A DNA stretch of 64,000 nucleotides, taken from positions 755,637-819,636 of the forward strand of contig NMRA01000153.1 of assembly GCA_002633005.1 (NCBI GenBank), written 5' to 3'. Source of the DNA: Phoronis australis. Lineage: Eukaryota; Animalia; Phoronida. Made by a program: the position numbers and the translations under genes. Below the pieces are notes generated by a model that ran no database searches, was not told where the DNA came from, and saw only the letters and a program-made list of their open reading frames with translations. Positions 26,927 through 39,600 of the stretch are shown in pieces. Within the stretch, counting starts at the first letter, position 1. Each line of letters begins with the position of its first letter.

Positions 26927-27501
26927 TTAAGTTTACTAGCTCTTCAGTGGGAATGGTTGAAATAGCCCTTTTATCTGCTATATGATGTGATGTACATGGT
27001 GGGTACATAATAATGCTCTCCACTGCTACTGCTCCATTTTTCAAAGGTTGCTTTTGCAAATAATTGAAGTTCTGCAACTGTTGTTTTATGATCTACACAC
27101 TAAAATCCATGCTTTTAGCTGATCAATCTGTAAATGATATTTTATAACATCTACACATTACAATCCATGCTTGTAGCTAATCAAATCTTATTCTTAATAT
27201 TTACTTTCGTGGAGAAGTATAACACGATGCAAGAATTTCACTTGTCGGCCATATTGTCTCCTAAATAAGTGCAGACATACTGTATACGATAATGTAACTA
27301 AAGGTATCATTGAACATATCCTTAAATTTTCTAGGAGAATACCGGTACTACTTTCTTGATGCATTAATTTGTTACTCGTAAATACAAATTGAACAGAGTT
27401 TTCCAAAGGCATTGAACTGATATGAGTTGGAGTAAATTCTCAAAGAGCATGGGAGAGTAATAATAGGTTAAGTACTTAATGTTTCTATGTTGAATTTCCA
27501 G

Positions 27502-27765
27502 TTTTCTGACATGGCTGGCTTTAGTATGGAGGAGTTTGACATTGCCATTGCACAGTGCGGAGACAAAAACCCCACTGAATGGTTGCGTCAAGAATGGACA
27601 TCAGCAGTTGACTCTGTGGTGACCTCAGTCATAGATGCTGCACACAACATGGGGATTACAGTTAGAAAGGAAGACATCGAACCCATTGCAAAGGATGGTC
27701 TTATTGAGTCGAAAGGAAACGTAAAAGATGCTGTGGATAAATATACAAAAGTTTTAAGAGAAAAG
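27502..27765 (+). CDS. RNF31: RNF31/HOIP exon 8, UBA region
   Basis: tttccag acceptor, AAG|gtatga donor. AGFSMEEFDIAIAQCGDKNPTEWLRQEW is similar to HOIP AGACPEEIFSALQYSGTEVPLQWLRSEL. Confidence 0.9.
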
Positions 27766-27794
27766 GTATGAAAAGAAGAGGTGTATCAGTCACA

Positions 27795-28820
27795 TCTTTC
27801 TCTTCTTGCTCCTCTACATCTCCCTCCCTATCTCTCACCCTCTTTCTCGAACTATCCCTCTTTCTCGCTCCTCCTCCTCCCTCTCGTTCTCTTCTCTGTC
27901 TCCCTCTCCCTCTTGCTCTCCTCTCACTTTCTCTCTCCTTCCCTCTCTCCCCTGTCCCTCCTCCCATCTCCCTCTTTCTTTATCTCTTTCTCTTTCCATC
28001 CCCCAGTCTCTCATCCTCTTTCCCTCCCAGTTTCCCTCAGTCCCTCCCACTCTTCCTCCCTCTCTCCCTCCCTCTGTCGCTCCCTCTCTCCCTCTCNNNN
28101 NNNNNNNNNNNNNNNNNNNNNNNNNNNNNNNNNNNNNNNNNNNNNNNNNNNNNNNNNNNNNNNNNNNNNNNNNNNNNNNNNNNNNNNNNNNNNNNNNNNN
28201 NNNNNNNNNNNNNNNNNNNNNNNNNNNNNNNNNNNNNNNNNNNNNNNNNNNNNNNNNNNNNNNNNNNNNNNNNNNNNNNNNNNNNNNNNNNNNNNNNNNN
28301 NNNNNNNNNNNNNNNNNNNNNNNNNNNNNNNNNNNNNNNNNNNNNNNNNNNNNNNNNNNNNNNNNNNNNNNNNNNNNNNNNNNNNNNNNNNNNNNNNNNN
28401 NNNNNNNNNNNNNNNNNNNNNNNNNNNNNNNNNNNNNNNNNNNNNNNNNNNNNNNNNNNNNNNNNNNNNNNNNNNNNNNNNNNNNNNNNNNNNNNNNNNN
28501 NNNNNNNNNNNNNNNNNNNNNNNNNNNNNNNNNNNNNNNNNNNNNNNNNNNNNNNNNNNNNNNNNNNNNNNNNNNNNNNNNNNNNNNNNNNNNNNNNNNN
28601 NNNNNNNNNNNNNNNNNNNNNNNNNNNNNNNNNNNNNNNNNNNNNNNNNNNNNNNNNNNNNNNNNNNNNNNNNNNNNNNNNNNNNNNNNNNNNNNNNNNN
28701 NNNNNNNNNNNNNNNNNNNNNNNNNNNNNNNNNNNNNNNNNNNNNNNNNNNNNNNNNNNNNNNTCTCTCCCTCTCTCTTCTCTCCCTCTCTCCCCCCCTC
28801 TCCCTCCCTCTCTCTCTCCA
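27795..28820. repeat. CT-rich low-complexity tract spanning an assembly gap (N 28097-28763)
   Basis: Polypyrimidine sequence on both sides of the N run. Confidence 0.9.
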
Positions 28821-29254
28821 ACTCTGGTACTAACACATGGTATGTGTCGTATTTCTCACATGAAGTTTTTTTTGACATTTCTCGGATTGACAGTACAAAC
28901 ATGAGCATGACGAATGGTAAAATGCACAAACTGACAATATTTGAAGGTATAGAAAATAGCTGGCTTAATTCAGCATTTATAGGATGTGACAATGTCTTCA
29001 TATTGTGTGCAAGATATTTTCCAGCCTTCTATAAAGACCTATCCAAGTGGACGGTGTTCGAGGACATCACTGCCGAACAAAGTCTACCATTACAAAATAC
29101 CCTTGTATACAATATCTTGTAACCCTCTTCTCTGGGATACAAAAAGTGTATTTTCTTGACTCTGTTAAAATCTCAGTACTGGGTTTCTGCTTTGCATGAA
29201 ATGTCGGTTAATTGCCCAATCCCGAGATTTAAACTTGAAACTCTCTTGTTTCAG

Positions 29255-29476
29255 ATTGATAAAATTGTCAGTATGGGTTTCCATAGTCCAGAACATGTAG
29301 GCAAAGCATTATCAGATGCCAAAGGAGATACAGATCGAGCCTTGGCCATTTTGAATTCAGAGGTTACTGCATCATATCTTGAGCGTATCTGGACGGACTC
29401 TGAAGACATCGCTGCTAATGATCACTTATCACCAGGAGTTGAAGAAGCCATCTTGAACAAGAATCTGGACTTTGAG
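29255..29476 (+). CDS. RNF31: RNF31/HOIP exon 9, UBA domain
   Basis: tgtttcag acceptor, GAG|gtttga donor. IDKIVSMGF...ALSDAKGDTDRALAIL...YLERIW carries the UBA MGF motif. Confidence 0.9.
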
Positions 29477-30562
29477 GTTTGAGAATGCTGTAGACTTATT
29501 GTTGGTTCTCTAGTGCTGCCATCTGGTGGCTCAGTTAGAAGAAACTTTGCTGTTACTTTTGCAATCCGCCGTATATTTCTGCTGCCATTGGTGTTCCTGC
29601 TCTGCCAAGTCGGTTCAAAGCTGATGACATCCGATTTTTATTTACTTTGTATTTGCACACCATTTAGCAAGAACGACTTACTGCTGTATTTACTGCTGCT
29701 GTTTGCAGTACATAGCTTTATGATGCCAAGCCAAGTCAATATTTTCTTTATTCAATTCAGTTTTGAAAACAATGAAATAACAATGTGTCTTGAATAAATT
29801 ACAGCAGTACGTAAAAACCAAATAGAATGGCACACTCCCTAAGGTCTGCTGTGAAACAGGTCCTTTATATCCAGTTGTCTGTATCCCAGAATTTTTTAGT
29901 GTTGATTAGTTTGTGAATGTAAAGATCTATTTTTAACATGTCTGACTATATGCTAAATTGGCCTCACTTCTTTCTGTAGATTGAAGAGCTTGTAAAGTGT
30001 TAAAGCTTCGCCAAAGTCAATCATTAAACCCAGCCTATGCGAAAACTACTGATTTTCTAGATTACACTTGTCTAGTGAAAGCTACTTATTACATTGTTTG
30101 ACTTTTTGCTGTTTAAGAATTTGGGAAGAGCTCAGTGGATGTTGTATGATAATTAAGTTTATTTCACAACTTCATTTTGCTTATGTTTCGAAATTCTCTC
30201 ATAAACAATTGAAATTAAGTTTAGTTGGTGACAGAAATTCTACTTTAGGACCAATTTCGTGCTTTCAATGAGTAGAGTTCGACAGAAGCAAATTCTTAGC
30301 ATAAGCAACTGTCAGTTTGTTTACATTTCTTCTGATCTCAAAAAACAACTCTACTTATCATCCTTTGTTCGATTGATACCCTAATAACTATGCTGCTTCG
30401 ACGGCTGAAACTAAATGGTCATGACATAAACTGCTTTAGCTTGGTCTGAAACAGTAACCAACTGTCATTTCTTCACTCACTTAGGAACAAGATAGGACTG
30501 AATGCAATTGGACTAAATCAAACCTTGGTTTTTAGCTTAAGGCAGAATTTTTTCACCTTTAG

Positions 30563-31114
30563 CCCTTATCCTGCTGACTCTATTCAGACTACTTTCCCTG
30601 TGTGCTGAGTTAAGTAGGTCACCACTACTGTTGTACACTACGCTGTTATGAAGGTCACCCAGACGAATGACCTAACAATTTTAAATTGGAAAATTGAAGG
30701 TGAAATGTTAATTTCACAGAAAAGAAGCCAACATAAAAGTTGACCAGAATTTAATGGAGATTTTCACCAGAAATAAATCTTCACCCTCTCATATCTGGCT
30801 CCAGCCGTATTATGAAACTGTGTCTACACTTACATAAACCTGTCAATATCTCCCAAACTAATAATCACAGCCATATGGTTTAAATCAGAGAAATGTAGAG
30901 GAAACTGTGAACTATGGAATGCCCATGCTCACGTAATTATCTAAATAACATCCTGGGCTCTCACAATTTCTGACTAAATATCACAAGTGTCCTGGGGAGA
31001 GTGCAGTCTCCTAGCGAAGCCCAGCTGCAGCTTATCATAGTCGATCAAGTACACCCAAGGCATTGTAATAGGATGATTGGCATGTGGGCTGACCTGTCTA
31101 GTGCAGGATAAGGG
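30563..31114. mobile_element. piggyBac-like MITE
   Basis: Perfect 12-bp TIR CCCTTATCCTGC / GCAGGATAAGGG flanked by TTAG (left) and TTAA (right). Confidence 0.65.
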
Positions 31115-31260
31115 TTAATTAAAACTCAGGTTACAGGCAGGGAAATGCAGTACGAATGGTAGTCTCCTTACATGTCGTTGGTTCAGGGCTGTCTTGATTT
31201 AATATGTATGTTTGACAATGGCTGTCATTACTTATAATAGGTGAATCTTCTCTTTTACAG

Positions 31261-31467
31261 CGAAGAGCAAGGCTGGTGATGTTTGTGACCAAAATCCATT
31301 TTTGGGGCCGCGCTGAAAATGTCATTAAAATCGTTGATATGGTTGATGTTAACGTCGCCTTGACTGATGTCATTGATGCTGTCTTCAACTGCGGGGATGT
31401 AGAAAGGTCTCTCAATTTCCTGCAACAGGAATGTGCCATATGTTATGCTTCTGTGCCACAAAACCAG
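31261..31467 (+). CDS. RNF31: RNF31/HOIP exon 10, pre-RBR helical region and start of RING1 (last exon found)
   Basis: ttttacag acceptor, CAG|gtacga donor. FWGRAE...LTDVIDAVFNCGDVERSLNFLQQECAIC matches HOIP SWGRAE...LGDVVEAV...LLAQECAVC. Confidence 0.92.
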
Positions 31468-32476
31468 GTACGAAATATAATGTTAACTCATTGTGGTATG
31501 CTTTTGTTGTAAACTCCTTCGCCGATGACTTGCTTTATTTCCTATGATTTCAATGTACTATCCTTTGAAAACAATTAATAAACTTGTGCTAAGTTCTAAG
31601 TTTGCACTAAGTCTAATTTTTAATTTGTAGATTTGTTATGTCTTATAGAATTTACACCGTCCCATATGCATTTTTGGGTGCATATCTCTGTCAGCGTTTC
31701 TGACATCAGGTGTTTGGTATCCAACGTGTACTGCTACATCTTCTAAACCCCTTGCAAGATCTTCATGAAATTAGACAAAATTAAATTAATTTATTATTAC
31801 TTGGCTGAAGTATGTTGGTCTGACAGCAAGTTTTTTTTTTTTGTTCGCTCTCTACAGGTCGCCATTTTCATCCGATTTTCACGAAATTTGCACACAACAT
31901 GTAGTACTGGAACGCTATTGTTTTTGGTCATGATCGGATACAAAATGGCGGACGTGGCGGCCATTTTGTATCCAATTTCACAGTCAAATACTCAAAGAGG
32001 CCGCATTTTTCGACCTACATGGCTGAAAATCGGTACGAATATACGAGAACGCACGTGCTACAACTTTGCAGAAAATCGTTGATTTCCGGTTAAAGATGGC
32101 GGAAATCTTGGACGTGGCGCATGTGCACCCCGAAATATGGCTAAAAACGTTTTCTCCTGTAGAGGGCGCATTTGCAAACCAATCACTTTCAAACTGGTCA
32201 CGTGTTTGTTGAGTTTAATAAGCTTTAAATTTGTACAAGTATATCAAAATATTCTTGTACCGAAATAAAGTGATATCAAAATTCAAAATAAATCCCAATA
32301 AAGATATTATACCTAGGGTAAACTTACTTATTTGTTTTGGACAACACTCTTTCCAATATATCATGTATTAAGTATTAATACCAAATGGATGTAATGTCAG
32401 ACACTGGGACTACTAAGCACATGAACGCAGCATATTGATATCTACTCCTTAAAGTTAGTTACTGAAAGTAACTTAC

Positions 32477-32614
32477 TTTGTACAATCCAATCCAGTCCTT
32501 GTCATTCACACTAGCGCCCTCTTTGAAGCGGTAGTAACATTTGACATCTTTCTTAGTAATCCACTGATAGATACTCTTGAATGTAACATCTGGAGGAGAG
32601 GGACTACGAAGAAC
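32477..32614 (-). CDS. INPP5K: INPP5K-like exon, SKICH domain first half (last exon found)
   Basis: ttcttgcag acceptor, AAA|gtaagt donor. VLRSPSPPDVTFKSIYQWITKKDVKCYYRFKEGASVNDKDWIGLYK ends in the SKICH DWIGLYK signature. Confidence 0.9.
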
Positions 32615-32907
32615 CTGCAAGAATTATAAAACACCTTCCTCTTTACCAAGAAACACCTTAATTTTGCTGATGAAGTGCTCAAAAATGTATTGTCCAAATT
32701 TCACATTTGGAGACTGTACAGATCACTGTCAGTGTCCATCTGTTCATTGGACAAATAAGGGCACAGAGAGAAAAACATGCTAAATTTAAGGAGAAAATGT
32801 CCAACTAGCAAAGAACCATCTTAGGAGATAGAGAACAAATTACTTCAGTCAACAATTTATTGAACTTTTTAGACACACTGAATACACCACAAGAGCAAAG
32901 CAGCTGA

Positions 32908-33396
32908 CATGACCCCACTGTGAGCATTACATATGACCCACTGTGAGCATTACATATGACCCCACTGTGAGCATTACATATGACCCCACTGTGAGCATTA
33001 CATATGACCCCACTGTGAGCATTACATATGACCCCACTGTGAGCATTACATATGACCCCACTGTGAGCATTACATATGACCCCACTGTGAGCATTACATA
33101 TGACCCCACTGTGAGCATTACATATGACCCCACTGTGAGCATTACATATGACCCCACTGTGAGCATTACATATGACCCCACTGTGAGCATTACATATGAC
33201 CCCACTGTGAGCATTACATATGACCCCACTGTGAGCATTACATATGACCCCACTGTGAGCATTACATATGACCCCACTCTGAGCATTACATATGACCCCA
33301 CTGTGAGCATTACATATGACCCCACTGTGAGCATTACATATGACCCCATGTTAGCATTACATATGACCCCACTGTGAGCATTACATATGACCCCAC
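32908..33396. repeat. Minisatellite, 24-bp unit, ~20 near-identical copies
   Basis: catatgaccccactgtgagcatta. Confidence 0.95.
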
Positions 33397-34857
33397 TCCT
33401 CAATAGGAACACATGTCACCATTCATAATGATTGCTCAACAAGATTGGAGGATACTGGCAGGCAGACAGTAAAAGACACAAAACCAATAGAAAGCAATGT
33501 AGGTCAAATCCATCTAGAACAGGGCCAGTGTTGTCTGCGTTATAGTAATTTGCCAAATTATAAGAACTTGTTCCATCAAGGAACTTGGTAGATACATTGC
33601 ACATAATTATATAAGGCAAACTCAAAGGAAAACAAAAATTGCCACATGTTCACTTGACTCTGCAGTGGACGTCTTTGGCCCAAAATCCACGTCAGTTGTA
33701 CTCTGCTCTACAGAAACACATAAAGCTCCATCAAGGAACTTGTATTGAGCCACTGGCAAAACAATGCCACAAAAAGGCGCTATAGCAGATGGACCTGTTC
33801 AAAAATAGTCGGCAGCCACGCACTTCCCACAAGTACACAAAAATATATATATGCCAATTTTCATAACTATCTACAGTCTGTGTGATTTGGCTGACAGAGG
33901 GGCAGATGCCAAAACTGAAAGCCAAAAAATGATAAATATGGCCACTAGGTGGCATATAATACGTCATATCAATCAGAAAATGGGAAGATGTCATCGTCTA
34001 TTTAATGGAAACAAATTTGTCAAGTTTCATAAAAATCTTTGAAGGAGCTCTTTAAGATGCTGTCTCATTAAAAATGTAAATATTTAAATTTGTAGCAAGC
34101 ACCACCTAGTGACTTCCTGCAGAACTGTGTGTACAAGTATAGCCAGGAAAAGAATCAATTTGTAAATAAATTGTGGTTTTAAAGAAAACACCGCAACTGA
34201 TACACCAAAAAACAAGTGAGAACATACATTTACGGTAATTCAAAATCAGTTACCACTTTCATAGAAATACATTATTTGCTAAAAATTTTAAAAAAGTTCC
34301 TACAAATTGTTCATGTGATACAGACACAGACACAAAAAACAAAACTGCCACTGGGAGGCACTATAGTAGTTGGAACCCACTAAAAATCATCTTTAATTGC
34401 CCTGTTCCCAATAAGAACAAAATCACCTAACCATCCTTAAAGTGGTTTAGCCGATGGATAGACAGACACCAGAAACAAGATTAAAAAAATTGTAAAAACT
34501 GCCACTAGGTGGCACAGAATAGGTCAAATACATCTAAAAAATATTGCCATTCCTAACAGATACTTATTTTCTAAATTTCTCGAAAATTCATTACGAACCT
34601 CCAAAGACACAGAGGTCAACATAAAAAATAGGTAAGCCAATATCAGGCAGACTGGTAGTACTGAGAATCCATCTGGAAATTTGCTTATGCCATGCCACCC
34701 CATCCATGAAAGGAGCATGTCTGCAAAATTTCACGAGCATCCATTTAGGGGCTTTAAGAGATACAGTGGTGGCTGCCGCATGTCATCTAGATGATTGCGA
34801 CGGTATAATGCATCCACATATAAATATATGGGTGCATAAAAGCTTATCAATCTTATA

Positions 34858-35310
34858 CTATTGTTACTTAGTCTGCTGGACTGTAATTAAATTCCTAGAT
34901 CTTCGGAGACGTCTCATCTCCTTCAAACCAGTGAATGAGCTTTTTATCTGCATAGGGGTAGAGGAGGCTATCTAAGTCCACAGGGGTGGATCCAGGATTT
35001 TGAGTTAGGAGGGGGCCAGGGCAGAGTATTAGTCAGGATTTTGGCCGTCAGACATTCGCACACCCCAACTGCCAAATGGTATCTGGTAGAATTTTAGGGG
35101 GGCCAGGGCCCCCTTGGGCCCTAAAAGCTCCTCTTAATAAGCTAGGTGGCACCACATTCAAATTGCCAATGCAGCAAGACATTATCCACATGACCGGAGT
35201 TCCCGCCACTAGTAGTTGTCAACATAATCACATCGAAGGAGATAAGACGTCTCCAGGTAAGTAGGAATTGGGTAAATGCAGTACAGCAGACCAGGTTCAA
35301 GTAACAATAG
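34858..35310. repeat. Imperfect inverted repeat (~70-bp arms), MITE-like
   Basis: ctattgttact...ggagacgtctcatctccttc versus gaaggagataagacgtctcc...agtaacaatag. Confidence 0.55.
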
Positions 35311-36482
35311 AATGCATTACCTGGATGGCTCAAGAACTATATTTCATTATAAATCTTCTAAATGACAAACAAACACTCCTCTCAAATTTTTGCCAAAACA
35401 TTGATTTCAACTTGATATCTTGCATAGTACGTAGGTTATATGTGATTTCTGACCTAATTGAGAAAATGAAGACTATACAATGTAAATTGGCCTTTGAAAG
35501 TCCCAACTGTATGCCTCCAAAGCAATACAGAAATCAGCTAGTTGAGGAATACATGTAGGTTGGGCTGCATTCCCTTTAGCGAGTACATTGCAAGTTTGGC
35601 AATATAGTATCATGCAAGTCTTCACAAGTTATCTAGAAACACTGGATTTTACGATAATGGAAAACTAAGTAAACAATATTCACGAAGTCTGACTATTTTC
35701 ACAGAATTAGAGATTCTGAGTGTAATTTTCGTATTTCAGTCGCAGATATCCTAATTCCAAAAGTTTTAGTTGTTAATTACCATATATTAATAACTCGTCA
35801 AATTTAACAATTCTGGCTACAAATCTGCTGATGATCAATTTGCAGCAGCCATGTTCATTCAAGTAGCTTCAGTGTTCGTTCTGCCTGAAGATGGCACTGT
35901 TTCATTATATTTTCTGGTTTTGAGAAATGATAAACATGGCAGGAAGCAAGTTATGAGTGAAACGGAGCAACAGCACAATACAGCAACATAGGTCAGGCAA
36001 TTCCCAAGCAGTGTATTGTCATTTATCACATAAATTTTGCTAAAAATTCACAAAACGGAAAATAATGCCATTTTACATTTTGCCACCATGAATTTTCTGT
36101 TTTTGAAGCTAATTTTAAAGCAGCTTTAAACCTCGTGCTTTCTGTTAAAACACATTGTTTTGGTTTTGGCTACTTACCCATCTTAAAACTGATCATATCT
36201 CATTCATTAGTTTAGAAATGATTTCTAGGCTCAAGAAGAACTGAGGGTAACCTGAAAGTTTGGTCTGAAAATATAACAATCTATCAGTTATTCTCGAGCA
36301 CTGAGATCACTTCTAAACCAAACATGAGAAATATTGTCAATTAGTGACCTAATTCAAAATTTGAATCTTTGACAGAAAGTACTGGTCTAATGACACTTCA
36401 ACTGTTAGAATATCAGGACAGTGTTATCACATAGTATGATGAGTGCCAAGAACAATTTATGTCCCTAAATTTAAAATTCAAC

Positions 36483-36645
36483 CTGTATTTTGAAGTCTGC
36501 TACAACTGGTCTGTGATCACTAAATCTTATGGATGTCAAGCTGGTGTAGTTGATTAGTTCTACATTGAGTAAGGCATTCTCGAAGGAATCCTCATGCACC
36601 ATCCATAGAATCCTATCACACCATGCAGGCTTCCTCCGTTTTGAA
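36483..36645 (-). CDS. INPP5K: INPP5K-like exon, catalytic motif 2
   Basis: tttccag acceptor, CAG|gttgaa donor. SKRRKPAWCDRILW...SDHRPVVADF is the P(A/S)W(C/T)DRIL and SDHxPV motifs. Confidence 0.95.
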
Positions 36646-39600
36646 CTGGAAACAAAACAAGACATTTGGAAATCTTTGGACAGTCCTCTTGAGGGTCGAA
36701 AGTCATTCAGTGTGGTTACACAAAAATAAAGAAGAGCACACAACGCAGTGGTTAACTGCTTGCTAAACTCTTCTCAGAGTAAAAAATACGACTGTGTACT
36801 AAGTCACCTGCACATGATCAGACTAGACAATCTTCTGACTTCACTGGCAGATAAGGCACTCTCATAAACACTGTCCTTTTCCCATGAGATTTTTATGCAC
36901 TTCCTACTAACGACCTTCAGCTCTTTTCTCATAAGCCCCGATTTGTTGTAATCATCTGAATGCAGCTCTTTCTCATCAACCGCATTTTGTGTTCTCAGTT
37001 GCACAGAGTTAATACATAATACCAAGTATGTACTACACAGTGTCAAGCACTTACTGAGAAATTCTGCAGTTTTCAAGAAAGAAATGCACAAATGGGAAAA
37101 CTACAGTGTCAGTAATGAAAAAAACTAATTAATGAACAAGAGCACCAATGCACTGCAAACGGTGTGCTTCAAGGGCAGACTGTTTAATTGCATCTTAAAA
37201 TGGCAATTAGAAGGCTGAGAATACATTTGTCGCATCCAAAAATGGGAAGGTATCGCCATCTCTCAAAATTGTTTGCAAAATTTTATGAAAATCTGTCAAA
37301 GAATTCCAAAGATACAAAGGCACAGTAAAAACAACAAACTGTCATAAAGAAGCAGATCAGTAGTCCAATCCATCCATCTGCTGTCAAGTTCATAGGAATA
37401 CAACCTTCAAAATTTCAAAAACATCTTGCAAGCAGTTTAGGAGATACAGCATTGGATGGGAAAAATGTCATAAGGGGACATCACAGTTGTTGCACCAGTT
37501 TGAAAATCCACATCAGTCATGCTCTTGTCAGTAAGAACATATCTGCCAATTTTCATAATAAGCCTAAATGTGGTTTGGCAGCTACAGAATCAAAAAATCA
37601 GACTAAAATATAATTAAAATGGCCACTATTTGGTGCAGAAAACGTCAAATCCATCGCAAAAAGGAAAGATGTAGTCGTCTTCACAATAGAAAATTAATTT
37701 GCTTGCCCAATTTCATGAAAAAGCATCTAGGAGCTCTGAAGTAACAGACGAGGCAAAAGTGAAAAATAAAAGTGACATTAAGGAGAACAACTGAAACTGG
37801 CCGTCATCAGTTGCCATCTCCATAGGAACAAATCTGCTAAATTTCAGAAAGATCTTGCAAAGGGTAAGGAGATAAAGCCATGGAAACAAAAAAACAGTAG
37901 TTGAACATGTCCACAAATCAAAGTCACCCTCGGTCTTCTCATCCCTCGAGCAGTTTGGTGGATGCAGAGGGTGATGTCGAAAACGTACTCAAGAAATGTT
38001 AAAATGGCTACAGAGTGGCACAGCATAAGTCAAATCTGCACAAAAATGAGAAGGCGTCGTTGTCGCCTTAATAGAAACCCATTAACTAAATTCCATGAAA
38101 ATCTGCAAAAACGAGTTTCAAAGATACAGACTCTGAGGATAACGACAAATTGAACCTAGGGGGCACAGCTGTAGTCGCTCCATCCAAATATCGTCGTTGT
38201 TCATTGTCAACTTCATGTTAATACACTTGCCAAATTTAATAAAGATCCTAGGAGGCGCCATGGTAGTCCAAGTGGTTCGAAAATCATCATCAGCCATCCT
38301 CTTCAGAGTAGAAAGTTAACATAATGTAATGCAAATTTTCATCCTAAGAGTAATTTGGATGATGGAGGAGCAGATGCCAAAAAGAGACTAGAAAACCGTA
38401 AAAATGGCCACTAGATGGCGCAAAATATGACGAACCCATCCGAACACCAGAATATTTCACCGTTTCTTTAATAAGAAGGTATTAACCAAATTTCATAAAA
38501 ATCCATCAACATGAAGGAATTTCAGAGAAACCGAGGAAAACAGAAAAAATGAAATTGCCACTAGGGGGCATAGCGTTCGTTGAATCCATCTGAAAGTAGT
38601 CATTGTCAACATCATACAAATACAGCTGCTAAAGGGAATACAGATCTTACAGTGGATTTAGGAGATACGTACAGCTATGGGCGCAAAAAAGTACCACTAA
38701 GAGACGCCACAGTAGACGAAGTCGTGGGAAAATCATCGTCAACCCTCCTCTTCACACCAAGAACATAATATATGCCAATTTTCACGATCATCCTTAGAGT
38801 GATTTAGTTGATAGAGGGGCAAATGCCAAAAACAGACTCGAACGAGCAAAAATGGCCACGAGGTGGCGTAAGCTTCCTCAAATCCACCCGAAAGCAGCAG
38901 GGCTCAACATAACGAGCTGCAGGTCGCATTTGCGACCTGAAATTTGGAAATGCGAGCTGAGATTTTTGTCAACTCGTATCAAGTCGCAAAATGCGAGCTG
39001 GAATTTCCAACGTATGCGAGCTGAGGTTTTACACTACTCAGTAGATACCGGGCAAATATAAAGCAACTCTTGTTAATCCGAACGTTATTTGGTTTTGCTG
39101 CCAAATCCAAGTTCAAAAGAACACTAATAGAGAAAAACCCTCCCGATGAGTGTAAGCAGGTCGCGTGAACATGGGATATGCAGAATCGATCTTTGACGCG
39201 TTACATTGGCTAACATTTTCTGGCCACTACATAGCACGTGATAAAACACCACAAAGCGGTGTTTCTACTAATTCTTAAGCGATCAACTTACCATACTTTG
39301 TGGTGGATAAATATCTTTATTTTTTGCATAATGTCCTTATTCCATATACCAAAAATCCACGACAATATCCCTGATATCGCACTGCGGCACTGGTCTGTCC
39401 CATTGTTAGCGTCCAAGCGGTCCCGGCAGACAATGGTGACTTGGAGATATACGTCTCGTTTTTTATCGCATAAGTCAGCCCGAAGTGAAAATGACAACCT
39501 ATTAATCGCCAGACGACTTTTAGTTGCCAAGAAATTCTCAAACTCCTTTACTTGTTTTTGGGGCTTTGTGTGCAAAATATGATTGGTCTTTCATTCGTTG

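Noticed and set aside
27768-29122. ORFs of 350-438 aa
   Set aside because: Artefacts of the N-gap and the CT-rich tract. The flanking RNF31 exons join in phase without needing a hidden exon.
32927-33412. Repetitive ORFs (SITYDPTV)n / (VGSYVMLT)n
   Set aside because: A 24-bp minisatellite that is open by chance; no supporting splice context.
35145-35256. Candidate next RNF31 exon (tag|GTG...VAPHSNCQC..., CAG|gtaagt donor)
   Set aside because: The required phase-0 frame hits TGA after 15 codons, lacks the following RING CxxC, and lies inside an inverted-repeat element.
36804-37091. 95-aa minus-strand ORF with a donor-like CAG|gtgact
   Set aside because: No recognisable homology, and it would interrupt the contiguous YDTS-SKRRKPAW catalytic segment.
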